From Dehalococcoidia bacterium (GTDB lineage: Bacteria > Chloroflexota > Dehalococcoidia > Bin125), in NCBI GenBank assembly GCA_963663185.1, contig OY760135.1, positions 1,587,170-1,651,169 of the forward strand: a DNA stretch of 64,000 bases, given 5' to 3'. The notes beneath the pieces are model-generated. The model worked only from the letters and a program-made list of their open reading frames with translations. It did not search any database and was not told the DNA's origin. The stretch's first letter is position 1, and every line of letters starts with the position of its first letter. Both the position numbers and the translations under genes were made by a program. This document shows, piece after piece, positions 19,229 through 29,035 of the stretch.

Positions 19229-20191
19229 TCAGGCGCCCAGCACCTCAGGGTTGACGATCGCCTCCGGGCGATTACCGCTGACCACATTGACGACATTGCG
19301 GGCGGCGAGCGCCCGCATCGCGTAGCGCGTCTCCTCCGTCGCGGTGCCGATGTGCGGGAACGTGATCACGTTGGGCAGCTTCACAATCGGCTCGTCTGGA
19401 TCGGGCGGTTCCTGCTCAAGCACGTCAAGGCCGGCGCCAGCGATCTGTCCCGCCACGAGCGCGTCGTGCAGCGCGACCTGATCGACGGCCGGTCCGCGCG
19501 AAGTGTTGATCAGATAGGCAGTCGGCTTCATCAGTGCGATCTCTCTCGCGCCAATCATGTGTCGCGAGGACTGGTTGAGGTCAGTGTGGACGCTGACGAA
19601 GTCGGACTCCGAGAGCAACTCGTCAAGGGCGCGCTTCTCGGCCGGCGGAGCGTCTGCGGGCGGCGTGTCGTAGATGTCGTACCAGAGCACCTTCATACCG
19701 GCGAAGTTGGCTCGTCGCGCCACCTCCTGCCCGATGCGTCCGAAGCCGACAATGCCAATCGTCTTGCCGAGCGGGTCGTTGGCGAGCGCTGGATAGGGTT
19801 CGCGTCGTCCCCAACCGCCTGAGCGGTTGTAGGCCTCAAACTCCATCAGATGCCTGGAGAGCATCAGCAGGAAGGCCATGGTGAGGTCAGCGACGGCGGC
19901 GCTGAGCACGCCTGGCGTGTTGCAGAGCGCCACGCCGTTGGCGGTCAGCAGCGGCACGTCAAAAGCGTCGAAACCGACCGACGTGGTCGCGACCACCTTC
20001 AGGTTGGGCGCGAGATCGAGGACCTGTCGGTCGATCTTGACGAGCGGCGACAGGATGACGCCGTCGGCATCCTTGATCGCTTCGATGAACGCGCCACGGT
20101 CGCGTCCATCGACCACGCGGACATCACCGGCTGAGGCAAGGTGGTCATGCAGCTCGTCTTCAATCGGAACGGCCTGGACGATGGTGGGCAT
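19229..20191 (-). CDS. D-isomer-specific 2-hydroxyacid dehydrogenase (glyoxylate/hydroxypyruvate reductase-like)
   Basis: GIVGFGRIG, LINTSRG, GLDVLEQEP, PHIGTAT. Confidence 0.92.
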   Translation of the reverse strand: MPTIVQAVPIEDELHDHLASAGDVRVVDGRDRGAFIEAIKDADGVILSPLVKIDRQVLDLAPNLKVVATTSVGFDAFDVPLLTANGVALCNTPGVLSAAVADLTMAFLLMLSRHLMEFEAYNRSGGWGRREPYPALANDPLGKTIGIVGFGRIGQEVARRANFAGMKVLWYDIYDTPPADAPPAEKRALDELLSESDFVSVHTDLNQSSRHMIGAREIALMKPTAYLINTSRGPAVDQVALHDALVAGQIAGAGLDVLEQEPPDPDEPIVKLPNVITFPHIGTATEETRYAMRALAARNVVNVVSGNRPEAIVNPEVLGA

Positions 20192-20256
20192 GGGACTGGT
20201 TCCTGTTCCCGTTTTGCGGTTTTGAGAATGGTAAGCGAGGATTTACTACCGTCGGC

Positions 20257-20551
20257 AGTCGCCTGATCATTTTGCTCCCCCGTTGCAGGCCTGGAACGGC
20301 AGTCTCGTGACGGATGGGATGATGCACCGGTAGTCGCATGATCACTTTGCTCCCCCTTGCAGGGGGAGCTCCCGCGTAGCGGGTGAGGGGGCTCCCTCAG
20401 CGCCTGCGATGTGATCGGAGCCCCAGCCGCCTGATTTCGCGGTACAAGTTCCTGCACGACGGCAACCCTCAGCGCCCGCGATGTGATCGGAGCCCCAGCC
20501 GCTGCCCCCCCCCTCTGCCTTCGGCATCTCCCCCCCCTGGAGCGGGGGGAG
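20257..20551. repeat. Composite intergenic repeat: two direct-repeat pairs plus REP/MITE-like palindromic arms
   Basis: ~33-bp pair at 20257-20289 and 20332-20363; 37-bp pair at 20394-20430 and 20466-20502; hairpin arms at 20349-20391 and 20505-20551. Confidence 0.8.
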
Positions 20552-20591
20552 CGGGGGGAGAAAGAATCCAGCTAATGCAGAGTACGGCGGC

Positions 20592-21611
20592 CTAGTGAGC
20601 ATCCAGCCGGTACACCCGCTCTGCGGTGTCATGGAACATCTGATCCTTCTCGTCCTGCGAGTAGTCGGCGACGAGCTTGAAGAACTGGTTGTACATGTTC
20701 GTGTAGCTGCAAGACGCTTTGTCGACCGGGAAGTTGCTTTCGAACATGCAGCGCTCAGGGCCGAAGGACTGGATCGTGTGCTCGTACCAGCGACGGTTTG
20801 CTTCCAACAGCTCGTCGGAGGACGGCGCTCGCTCGTGCTCGTGCCAGCCGAAGCCGTTGATCACCATCTGGATGCCGCCGACCTTGGCGACGACGTTGTC
20901 GCAGGAGGCGAGCTCGCTGATCGATTCGCGCCACTCGGCGAAGACTGCGTCATGCTGTCCGGCGTAGGGTCCGATGCCGAGCGGTCCACCCAGGTGATTG
21001 AGGATGATCGTGGTCTCGGGGAAGGCGCGGGCGAGATCGGTCAACTCGGGAATCTGCGGGTGGTAGAGCCAACCCTCGAAGCTGAGGTCGCGCTTGCCGA
21101 GCTCGGCGAAGCCTTCGCGGTAGGTTTCGTTGAGGTAGACGTGCGGCCCCGGTTCGATGCGAGAGTTCGGCACGTCGGGAGACGGATCCCAACTGGCGTG
21201 ATGGCGAATGCCGCGGAATCGCCCGCTCATTTCCATGTGCGCGTCAAGCACCTCGCCGACGGCGCCGCCGAGCATCAGGTTGGCGTGTCCAACGATGCCC
21301 GTGCAGGCGCGCATGGCGCCGTAGAGTCCGCTGGCGCTCTGCGCCGAGACGCCGGCGACGAACTCCGTCTCGCCGACCGGCCGCATCGCCTCCGGACCGT
21401 CGCTGCGGTACATCGCGCTGCACTCGATGAACACGGTCTGACGGACATTCAGGTCGGTGGTGTCGTCCAGCAGCTCGTCGAGGAAGTAGCGCAGCATCGG
21501 GCGGTCGGCGCGCGCGTCCCAGAGGTGGTGATGCGGGTCGATGATCTTCTGATCGGGATCGACAGCGGGTTCCTGGTTCGTCGCCAGCCAGTCGAAATTG
21601 TTGGTGACCAT
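20592..21611 (-). CDS. Amidohydrolase family (lactonase-like, COG3618 type)
   Basis: IIDPHHHLWD, ILNHLGGP, MFESNFPVD. Confidence 0.88.
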   Translation of the reverse strand: MVTNNFDWLATNQEPAVDPDQKIIDPHHHLWDARADRPMLRYFLDELLDDTTDLNVRQTVFIECSAMYRSDGPEAMRPVGETEFVAGVSAQSASGLYGAMRACTGIVGHANLMLGGAVGEVLDAHMEMSGRFRGIRHHASWDPSPDVPNSRIEPGPHVYLNETYREGFAELGKRDLSFEGWLYHPQIPELTDLARAFPETTIILNHLGGPLGIGPYAGQHDAVFAEWRESISELASCDNVVAKVGGIQMVINGFGWHEHERAPSSDELLEANRRWYEHTIQSFGPERCMFESNFPVDKASCSYTNMYNQFFKLVADYSQDEKDQMFHDTAERVYRLDAH

Positions 21612-21619
21612 GTGGACTC

Positions 21620-22426
21620 CTATGCGTCGTCGATCAGCGCTCGGAGGCCCTTGCCGAGCTCGGTGTAGCCCTGGTTGAGCAGGAAACGGTCCCAGCCGAT
21701 GCAGAAGTGCTTGACGCCAAGGTCGAGGTAGCGCTGCGCCTGTTCGACCGCGCCGATCTCAATCCGCGGCGCGACGCCGTACTCGATTGACTTGGCGATC
21801 GTCCTCTCCTCAGCCTCTCGAATCGCCTCCGGATTGGGGCGTTCGTCGAAGGAGAAGCCGTAGTCGCTGGGTCCCCACTGCGTCATGTCGACGCCGAGCT
21901 CGGCGGCGCGTTCGAGGATCGCGTCGATATCCTCCAGCGCGACGCGCTTCTCGATCATGATCACCGTGACGATCCCGTCAAGGTCGGCGCCGTAGTCACC
22001 TGCGGCGTAGCCGGCCAGCGCGGGACGACGCGTCTTGACGCCCATGTGTCCGCCGACGTTGCCGAGCGTGCTCGGCTTGTCAGGGCGAATCGCCTGGAGC
22101 GCGAGGTCGACGTTGTCGGGTGTGCGGATGTCGGTGTAGAGCACCGACTTGAATCCCGCGCCCAAGGCGGCCTGCGCCCAGAAGGTCTGGTTGGCCTGGT
22201 CGAGCTTGATCATCAGCGGCAAGTTGCCGCACTGAGCCGCCCGCGCGAGGTGGTAGAGCGTCTTCATGTCGAAGGTGGAGTACTCGGCGACATACTCGCC
22301 GTAGTCGAACTGCCCGGTGTCGCCGATCAGTTCGGCGATGTCAGGGTCGTTGAAGAGGAAGTGCGTGCCGATGGTCGGTTCGCCGGCGTCGAGCTTCTCG
22401 CGAAACGTGTTGGAAAGGACGGCCAT
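21620..22426 (-). CDS. HpcH/HpaI aldolase family protein
   Basis: FREKLDAGEPTIGT, VIMIEK, WGPSDY. Confidence 0.8.
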   Translation of the reverse strand: MAVLSNTFREKLDAGEPTIGTHFLFNDPDIAELIGDTGQFDYGEYVAEYSTFDMKTLYHLARAAQCGNLPLMIKLDQANQTFWAQAALGAGFKSVLYTDIRTPDNVDLALQAIRPDKPSTLGNVGGHMGVKTRRPALAGYAAGDYGADLDGIVTVIMIEKRVALEDIDAILERAAELGVDMTQWGPSDYGFSFDERPNPEAIREAEERTIAKSIEYGVAPRIEIGAVEQAQRYLDLGVKHFCIGWDRFLLNQGYTELGKGLRALIDDA

Positions 22427-22480
22427 GTGTTCAGCTCCTAGCGGGATGCAACGGTGGTCTCAAAACAGGGTAAAGGCGGT

Positions 22481-23383
22481 CTACACACGGCGGCGGCGGA
22501 CAGGGTCGAGGCGCTCTGACAGGACGTCGGAGAGAAAGTTGAGACCGATCATCAAGACAGCGAGGACGATCGCCGTGAAGATCACGAAGTGCGGGGCTGG
22601 TTGCATGTACTGCTGCGCCTCTCGGAGCATGGTGCCGAGCGTGGCGTTGGGCAACTGAATGCCGACTCCGAGGAAGTTGAGCGCAGCCATCGCCAGGACG
22701 GAGGCGACGAAGGCGATCGGTAGCTGCACCGCGAAGGCGCCGAACGTGTTGACCGCGACGTGTCGGAAGAGGACACGTCGTCCGGAGGCTCCCAGTGTTC
22801 GCGCGGCCATGGCGTAGTCGCGTTCGCGCTCTCGCAGCACGCCTGCGCGCGCGAGTCTCGCGGTGACGGGGATGTTGAACACGGTGATCGCGACGGCCAG
22901 CGAGAAGAGTCCGGTACCGAGGATGGTGGAGGCAACGATTGCCAGCACGAGGCCGGGGAACGACATCAGCACGTCGAGGGCGCGCATGACCAGCGTGTCA
23001 ACCCAGCGTCCGACCCAGCCGGCCACGTAGCCCACGCTGATGCCGATCGTCATGCCCACCAACACCGCGCTGAAGCCGGTCAGAATCGTCCGACGCGCGG
23101 AAACGGAGACGCGCGCGAGCAGATCACGCGAGAGATGATCGGTACCGAAGGGATGTCCCCAGGACGGCCCCAACAACTTTTCGCCGCGCTCCGACCAATT
23201 CGGGTCCGTCGGATCGATCAGCGGGAAGATGAAAGCGAAGAAGAAGATGGCCGCGAGCAAGAAGATCGCGATCGCGCCTCGAGGTTCGGACGCGATGCCC
23301 TTCAGCTCGCGCGCGACTGAGAGCAACGCGCGCGAGGCGGCATGCTCTTCGGAGAAGTTGACCGGCGACGCCTGAGCCGCCAT
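22481..23383 (-). CDS. Peptide/nickel ABC permease (DppC/OppC)
   Basis: HPFGTDHLSRDLLAR, RERDYAMAARTLGAS. Confidence 0.92.
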   Translation of the reverse strand: MAAQASPVNFSEEHAASRALLSVARELKGIASEPRGAIAIFLLAAIFFFAFIFPLIDPTDPNWSERGEKLLGPSWGHPFGTDHLSRDLLARVSVSARRTILTGFSAVLVGMTIGISVGYVAGWVGRWVDTLVMRALDVLMSFPGLVLAIVASTILGTGLFSLAVAITVFNIPVTARLARAGVLRERERDYAMAARTLGASGRRVLFRHVAVNTFGAFAVQLPIAFVASVLAMAALNFLGVGIQLPNATLGTMLREAQQYMQPAPHFVIFTAIVLAVLMIGLNFLSDVLSERLDPVRRRRV

Positions 23384-23384
23384 C

Positions 23385-24344
23385 TCAGCTCTCCGTCCGT
23401 CCGCCGATGCGGATGCGGGGATCAAGCGACACGTAGATGACGTCGATCAGGAGATAGACGAACATGAAGATCGCGACGATCAACATGGTGATGATCTGAA
23501 TGATGGCGTAGTCGCGGTCACGGACGGCGGTGGCGAGCGCGCGACCCATGCCTGGCCAGGTGAAGACCGATTCGATGATCAGTGTCCCGCCGAGGATTTC
23601 CGCGAAGTTGAACGCCATAATCGTGACGACAGGGATCAGCGACGGCTTGAGCGCGTGGCGAAGAATGACGATGGAGTGTCGCAATCCCTTGGCTCGCGCG
23701 GTGCGGATGTAGTCCTCGGTCAGCGTGTCGAGCATGGACTGTCTGGTGAAGCGCAGAATCTGGGCGGCGACAATTCCGCCCAGCGCGAGACCGGGCATGA
23801 GCAGGTGCAGCAATGCCTGATCGAAATCCTCAGTGATCGGCACTCGGCCGAATGACGGCAAGAAATCGAGCGCCACGGCGAAAATGATCAGATAGAAAAA
23901 TCCGGCGATGAATGACGGTACGCCGATGTTCCAGCCGGCCCAGACTGAACCGAAGTAGTCCCAGAAACCGCCGCGATTGATCGCGGCGAGGATGCCGAAG
24001 AGCAGCCCCAGTCCGAAACCGATGATCGTGGCGAAGATGGTCAGCTCCATTGACGCCGGAAACGCGGTGGCGACGACTTCCCAGACCTCGATCCCTTTGT
24101 TCGAGATGCCGAAGTCGCCCTGAAAGATGCCGCTGACCCAGGTGACGTACTGGTCGAAGAACGGCTGATCAAGCCCCCAGAGGGCGCGCAGATCGTCCTG
24201 GCACTTGGTGCCGACCGAGTTCTCGCCGCAGGCGGCGACCGCTGGATCGCCAGGGATCAACCGCACCGCTGCGAAGATCAACAGGGATGCGACGAAGAGC
24301 GTCGGAATCAGCTGCGTCAGCAGGCGCGAGAAAATGTACTGCAT
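23385..24344 (-). CDS. Peptide/nickel ABC permease (DppB/OppB)
   Basis: IPGDPA, EDYIRTARAKGL, IIESVFTWPGMG. Confidence 0.92.
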   Translation of the reverse strand: MQYIFSRLLTQLIPTLFVASLLIFAAVRLIPGDPAVAACGENSVGTKCQDDLRALWGLDQPFFDQYVTWVSGIFQGDFGISNKGIEVWEVVATAFPASMELTIFATIIGFGLGLLFGILAAINRGGFWDYFGSVWAGWNIGVPSFIAGFFYLIIFAVALDFLPSFGRVPITEDFDQALLHLLMPGLALGGIVAAQILRFTRQSMLDTLTEDYIRTARAKGLRHSIVILRHALKPSLIPVVTIMAFNFAEILGGTLIIESVFTWPGMGRALATAVRDRDYAIIQIITMLIVAIFMFVYLLIDVIYVSLDPRIRIGGRTES

Positions 24345-24466
24345 TGACGGGCGGCAATGTTCAGGTTCAGCGTCCGCGCCGCGCTCGGCTAACCGAGCGC
24401 GGCGCGGCAGAGCAAGAGGTTGCGATTCGGTCAGGTCGGACGCAGGGTCGGACGCTGGGTCAGCGG

Positions 24467-26332
24467 CTAGACGCGCGCGCTTTCGACGTAGACCCAACCT
24501 TCGCTATCGAAGTCGACCTCAACGTTGTTGGTGTTCCAGGAACCGGCGTACTGTCGGAACAGGACGTTGGACCAGGCCACATCGAGGTACCGCTCGTTGA
24601 AGATTCGCCAGTCGCCGTACTCTTCATTGAAGGTGCCGTTCTTGGCCGCCTCGATCATGTCGAGCCACTCCAGCTCCTCCCTGATGCCTTCGCGGTCGCG
24701 CAACGGCGTCACGCCTTCACCGACGGGCGCATTCATGCGGCCGTCGTAGGCGTCGGCGAAGAGGACGGTGACCGACGGGTCGCCGGGCTTGACCCAGTTG
24801 CCGAAGCCGATGATCATGTGGTCAAACGTGCCTGTGGTCTGGAGCGTGATCATCTCCGTGTATTCACGGTTCGTCACTTCCATGTTGATGCCGAGCTGGA
24901 GCAGCTCCTGCTGCAGCAACTGAGCAACAGCTGGCGCGTCAACGCGTTCGGGCAGTACATCGGCCCTTAGAGTCGCATCAGCGTCAACCAGGCCTGCGGC
25001 ATCCAGCAGCTGGCGGGCAGTGGCGGGGTCATAGATCGGCTTGTCGAGTTCGGCGTCAAAGGCGGGTGAGCCTGGCTGCCAGGGCAAGCGCCCGGCGACG
25101 TCGAATGTGCCGGCGAACTCTTCGGTGATGCGCTCGCCATCCACCAGCAAGAGCACACCCTGTCGAGCGCGCTTGTCGTGGAACGGCGGCGAGTCAGCGC
25201 GGAACCGCAAGACGCGGCCGCCTGCGCCGATGTGGATGCGACCGTAATGGTCAGGGCTTTCGATCAGTCGCGCTTCGGCCTCAGGGTTGCCGATTGGCAC
25301 GCCATAGTGCGAGTGGATATCGCCGGTTTCGAGGGCGGCTGCCATCGCCAGGTTGTCGGCGAAGATTGAGAACTCGATCTTGTCGATGACCGGGCGGCCA
25401 TTCCAGTGATCCTCGAAGGCGACGAGGTCATAACCGCGGTTCGGGTCATAGTTTTCGAATGAGTAGGCGCCGGTGCCGATCAGCACACCTTCGGTTGCCT
25501 GATCGAGCGTTTCGCGGTCGGCGATGTTGGTTGATGAGGTCAACGTGTAGACGTAGCCGGTGGGTTGACTGAAGTTGAGCTGAGCCGTCGTGGCGTCGGT
25601 GGCCACCGCCGAGTCGAGGTTGGCGGACATCAGATGCAGCGGGGAGCCGCCGCCGCCGACGTCCGGGTTCTTCAGCTCCTCATACGTGAAGGCCACATCC
25701 TCTGCCGAGAAGGCGCGACCACTGTGATACGTGACGCCTTCGCGCACGTTGAAGATGTAGGTCACGTTGTCGGGCTGTTCCCAACTGGTGGCCAGATCGG
25801 GCGAGGGCGAGAAATCGGGGTTGACCATGCGCTGCATGTTGCCGATGTCGTCCTGCAAGCCGACCGGCCCGCTCCAACGCGTGAGTCGATTGAAGAGGCC
25901 GCCATTCTGATTGATGGCGGTGTTGTTGCCGGCTGTGTTCAGAGGGATGCGGATGAAGTTGGGCGTCGAGGTGTTGCCGCGCTTCCAGACACCGCCGGTC
26001 GCCGCGACCGTCCGTTGTTGCGCTTGCTGCTGTGCCGCAGCCTGCTGGGCGTCCTGGCGGTCGTCCTGAGCGTCGGCGGCGGATTGCTGCTGCATCGCTT
26101 GCTGATCGGCCTGTTGCTCGGCTGCGGATTGGTCCTGCTGCTGCATCGCCTGCTGATCGGCCTGTTGCTGGGCCTGCGTTTGAGCAGCGCTTTGCTGACC
26201 GTCGTCATCATCTCCACCGCAACCGACCAGCGCCAGTCCTGCGGCGCCAACGCCAGCCCGGGCGCTCGCTCGGAGCAGCGAGCGACGGCTCAGTCGCTGT
26301 CGCTGCATTCGTGTCCAATAGTTTCGTTCCAT
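24467..26332 (-). CDS. ABC substrate-binding protein family 5, Tat lipoprotein with Q-rich linker
   Basis: LSRRSLLR...LVGC; PDLATSWEQPDNVTYIFNVREGVTYHSGRAFSAEDV. Confidence 0.9.
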   Translation of the reverse strand: MERNYWTRMQRQRLSRRSLLRASARAGVGAAGLALVGCGGDDDDGQQSAAQTQAQQQADQQAMQQQDQSAAEQQADQQAMQQQSAADAQDDRQDAQQAAAQQQAQQRTVAATGGVWKRGNTSTPNFIRIPLNTAGNNTAINQNGGLFNRLTRWSGPVGLQDDIGNMQRMVNPDFSPSPDLATSWEQPDNVTYIFNVREGVTYHSGRAFSAEDVAFTYEELKNPDVGGGGSPLHLMSANLDSAVATDATTAQLNFSQPTGYVYTLTSSTNIADRETLDQATEGVLIGTGAYSFENYDPNRGYDLVAFEDHWNGRPVIDKIEFSIFADNLAMAAALETGDIHSHYGVPIGNPEAEARLIESPDHYGRIHIGAGGRVLRFRADSPPFHDKRARQGVLLLVDGERITEEFAGTFDVAGRLPWQPGSPAFDAELDKPIYDPATARQLLDAAGLVDADATLRADVLPERVDAPAVAQLLQQELLQLGINMEVTNREYTEMITLQTTGTFDHMIIGFGNWVKPGDPSVTVLFADAYDGRMNAPVGEGVTPLRDREGIREELEWLDMIEAAKNGTFNEEYGDWRIFNERYLDVAWSNVLFRQYAGSWNTNNVEVDFDSEGWVYVESARV

Positions 26333-26405
26333 GTCGTCGTAACTCCCTCTCAGTGTTGCCTTCATGCGATCAGGCCTGCGATTATGCCCAATTCGCGTCT
26401 GGATC

Positions 26406-26421
26406 GTTAGCCTATGCTAAC
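26406..26421. promoter_or_regulatory. Inverted repeat, candidate operator upstream of the SBP operon
   Basis: GTTAGC-CTAT-GCTAAC. Confidence 0.35.
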
Positions 26422-26561
26422 AGGATTCATGACATGATCAGCCGTCGTTTAGTCAGTTGCGCTGTGCGCCAGCACGATGATGTCCCCGCGAAGTCCCTCC
26501 GTGAAATCAAGGACGCACTCGGCTGATCCGACATGCCTGGCGAGGCATTGCAGAGGCTCCG

Positions 26562-26588
26562 CAACACGCACAACACGCACAACACGCA
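26562..26588. repeat. 9-bp tandem repeat x3
   Basis: CAACACGCA x3. Confidence 0.8.
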
Positions 26589-26716
26589 TTGCAGCGACTC
26601 TGAAGAGAGCCTTGCATGACGTCTTGCGTAAGCCTTGAGGGGGACGATCGGCGCATTTCCCGCCCTCGCGGGATGCGCAATTCCGATCTGTGAAACCGCC
26701 GCACCGCAAGAGTTAG

Positions 26717-27403
26717 ATGGGAACGAGCATGGAACTATACGAACACCGGGTGACGATGGTCGAGCCGGGACGCTTTCGCGAGTACCGCGACCATTTCCTG
26801 CAGCACACCTGGTCTCGCCTGATTGAGGCCGGCTTTCGACCGCTCTGCCTGCTCAATCCCACGATTGGCGGCGAGCCGGAAGAGGTCCACAGTTTCGTCG
26901 GGATTCCGTCCTGGAGTGACTGGCGACAGGCTCAGGAGATCATCGTCGGACTGAGCGATGATGACGCTCGCAGCGTTCGGCGACCGCTGATTGTCAGCGA
27001 GTCGGTCGAGCCGCTGATTCCCAATTCGGGTCGACCGCTGGCGGAGACGCCCGCCTCCGATCGGCGCGCCGTGTATGGCTTGCGACGTTGGACGATTGAT
27101 CCCGCCAACTGGCGACACTTCGCCGAACTGACGGAGCACGGCGTCTGGCCGGCGATGGACGCGATGGGGCATCGCGTGCTCGGCAACTTCCACGATGCGG
27201 CGCTCAGTGATGACCTGAAAGTCACCAATCTCGCTGGTTACTACAGCGTTGGACACTGGCACGAGACGCGTTCGGCGACAGACCCGTCGTCGGGTGTGCC
27301 AGCGGAGTTGCGGCAGCTGCTCGCGCAACGTGGGCGCGAGCGCCAGGCGTTGGTGCGGCACACCTGGGTTCAGCTGATGAACGCGCACTGGCCCGATGAT
27401 TGA
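26717..27403 (+). CDS. NIPSNAP-like protein (two tandem domains)
   Basis: LYEHRVTMVEPG...; VYGLRRWTIDPANW... Confidence 0.65.
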   Translation: MGTSMELYEHRVTMVEPGRFREYRDHFLQHTWSRLIEAGFRPLCLLNPTIGGEPEEVHSFVGIPSWSDWRQAQEIIVGLSDDDARSVRRPLIVSESVEPLIPNSGRPLAETPASDRRAVYGLRRWTIDPANWRHFAELTEHGVWPAMDAMGHRVLGNFHDAALSDDLKVTNLAGYYSVGHWHETRSATDPSSGVPAELRQLLAQRGRERQALVRHTWVQLMNAHWPDD

Positions 27404-27417
27404 ATCGCGCTGAACGG

Positions 27418-28980
27418 TTAGGGCATGTAGGGGATGCGGCTGGTCGGGCCGAGCTGGGTGGCGATGTGCGACTGCGCGTCACGGACGAAGTCAACCATCA
27501 GCGGACGCGTCTCGCGCGGGTCGATCATGTCCTCGATCCCGAAGGCGTGAGCCGTGCGCAGCGGCGAGCGAATCTCGTTCAATCGAGCCTCGATCTCCAA
27601 CCGCTTCGCCTCTGGGTCGGACGACTCGCGAATCTCTCGGCGATAGGCGGCGGTCACGCCGCCCTCAATGTGCATCGAGCCCCAATGCGCGGAGGGCCAG
27701 GCGTAGCGCCGGTAGAGCGCGTGTCCGCGGCGGTATTGCAGGCTCCCGGCGACGCCGTAGGACTGCCTCGTGATGAAGGCGAGGTATGGCATCTGCGATA
27801 GCCGACTGAGCAGCATCAGCCGGGCGCCGGTGCGGATGATTCCGCTGCGCTCATCGGCAGGCCCAACCGAGAATCCAGGCTCGTCGCAGAAGTAGACCAG
27901 CGGCAGGTGGAAGGTGTCGCAGAGTTGCACCATGCGGGCGATCTTCTCTGATGCCGCCTTGTCGGTGGAGCCACCGTTCTCGCGCGGGTTGTTGATCATG
28001 ATGCCGACGGGATAGCCGTCCACGCGCGCGAGTCCGGTGATGCGGGACTTGCCCCAGTGCGGTTGGATTTCGAAGAACGAGTCGTGGTCCAGCACAAGGT
28101 CGAGCAGCTTGCGCGGGTTGTAGACGCGTCGGATGTTGCGCGGAATCAGCGATAGCAACGCCTCTTCACGACGCTGTGGGTCATCGGTCGGCTCGGCTCG
28201 CGGAGGCGCCTCCCAGACATTCTGCGGCAGATAACTGAGGAATCGCCGCGCCTGCGCCATCGCGTCGGCTTCGCTCTGCGCCAGGTTCTGCACGACGCCC
28301 GTTTCATAGACATGAACCTGCTCGCCGCCAAGCTCCTCCTTCGAGATGTCGAGGCCACGGCTGGCCTTGACCACGGGCGGTCCGCCGACGAAGAGCTGGC
28401 TGGTGCCCTTGACCATCACGTTGAAGTGGCCGTCCACTGCGATCACGGCGGGGGCGCCCGCCACTGAGCCGAGCACGACATTGACCATCGGGACGTGCCA
28501 GAGCAGATCTTCGATGCCGGATCCGCCGCCGATCTCAGGTCCGACGATGTAGGTGCGGCCCAGCGTCTCGAAATGCTTGACGCTGCCACCGGTCGCGTCG
28601 AGCAGGCGCACGTACGGGATCCGATGCATGAAGGCGTGTTCGAGCGCCCAGCTGCCCTTGCGTCCGATGAAGCCGTCGGCTGATCCGCCGCGGATCGTGA
28701 AATCGTCGCCCTGCACCGCTACCTTGCGGCCATTGATCCTGGCAACGCCCACGACGCTGTTGGCCGGCGTGAGCGCGGTCAGCTCGTTGCCTTCCCAGCT
28801 CGGATTGCCGGCCAGGACCCCGGTTTCCTGAAAGCCGTTCCGATCGCTCAGCAATTGAATCCGTTCGCGCACGGTGAGTTTGCCGCGGCCCTTGTGGAAC
28901 GCGACGCTGTCCGGGCCGCCCATCTCTCGCGCCATGGCGGCGCGACGCTCAATCTCATCCAATTCCGCTTGCCAGCTCAT
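27418..28980 (-). CDS. Acyl-CoA carboxylase, carboxyltransferase (beta) subunit
   Basis: MGGPDSVAFHKGRGKLTVRERI, DFTIRGGS, GIEDMIDPRETR. Confidence 0.9.
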   Translation of the reverse strand: MSWQAELDEIERRAAMAREMGGPDSVAFHKGRGKLTVRERIQLLSDRNGFQETGVLAGNPSWEGNELTALTPANSVVGVARINGRKVAVQGDDFTIRGGSADGFIGRKGSWALEHAFMHRIPYVRLLDATGGSVKHFETLGRTYIVGPEIGGGSGIEDLLWHVPMVNVVLGSVAGAPAVIAVDGHFNVMVKGTSQLFVGGPPVVKASRGLDISKEELGGEQVHVYETGVVQNLAQSEADAMAQARRFLSYLPQNVWEAPPRAEPTDDPQRREEALLSLIPRNIRRVYNPRKLLDLVLDHDSFFEIQPHWGKSRITGLARVDGYPVGIMINNPRENGGSTDKAASEKIARMVQLCDTFHLPLVYFCDEPGFSVGPADERSGIIRTGARLMLLSRLSQMPYLAFITRQSYGVAGSLQYRRGHALYRRYAWPSAHWGSMHIEGGVTAAYRREIRESSDPEAKRLEIEARLNEIRSPLRTAHAFGIEDMIDPRETRPLMVDFVRDAQSHIATQLGPTSRIPYMP

Positions 28981-29035
28981 CGGTTGCCTCCTCAGCGTTC
29001 CATGACAAGTTAGTAGTAGCCGAGGGAGCGTGCCG

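Noticed and set aside
20394-20502. CRISPR array
   Set aside because: Only two repeats, atypical repeat sequence, no leader and no cas genes; reported as a repeat instead.
20538-20546. att-site duplication of the tRNA-Gly 3' end (TGGAGCGGG) defining an island from 20.5 to 42.6 kb
   Set aside because: Only a 9-bp match, inside a G-rich repeat, with another chance match near 9030; no integrase in the window.
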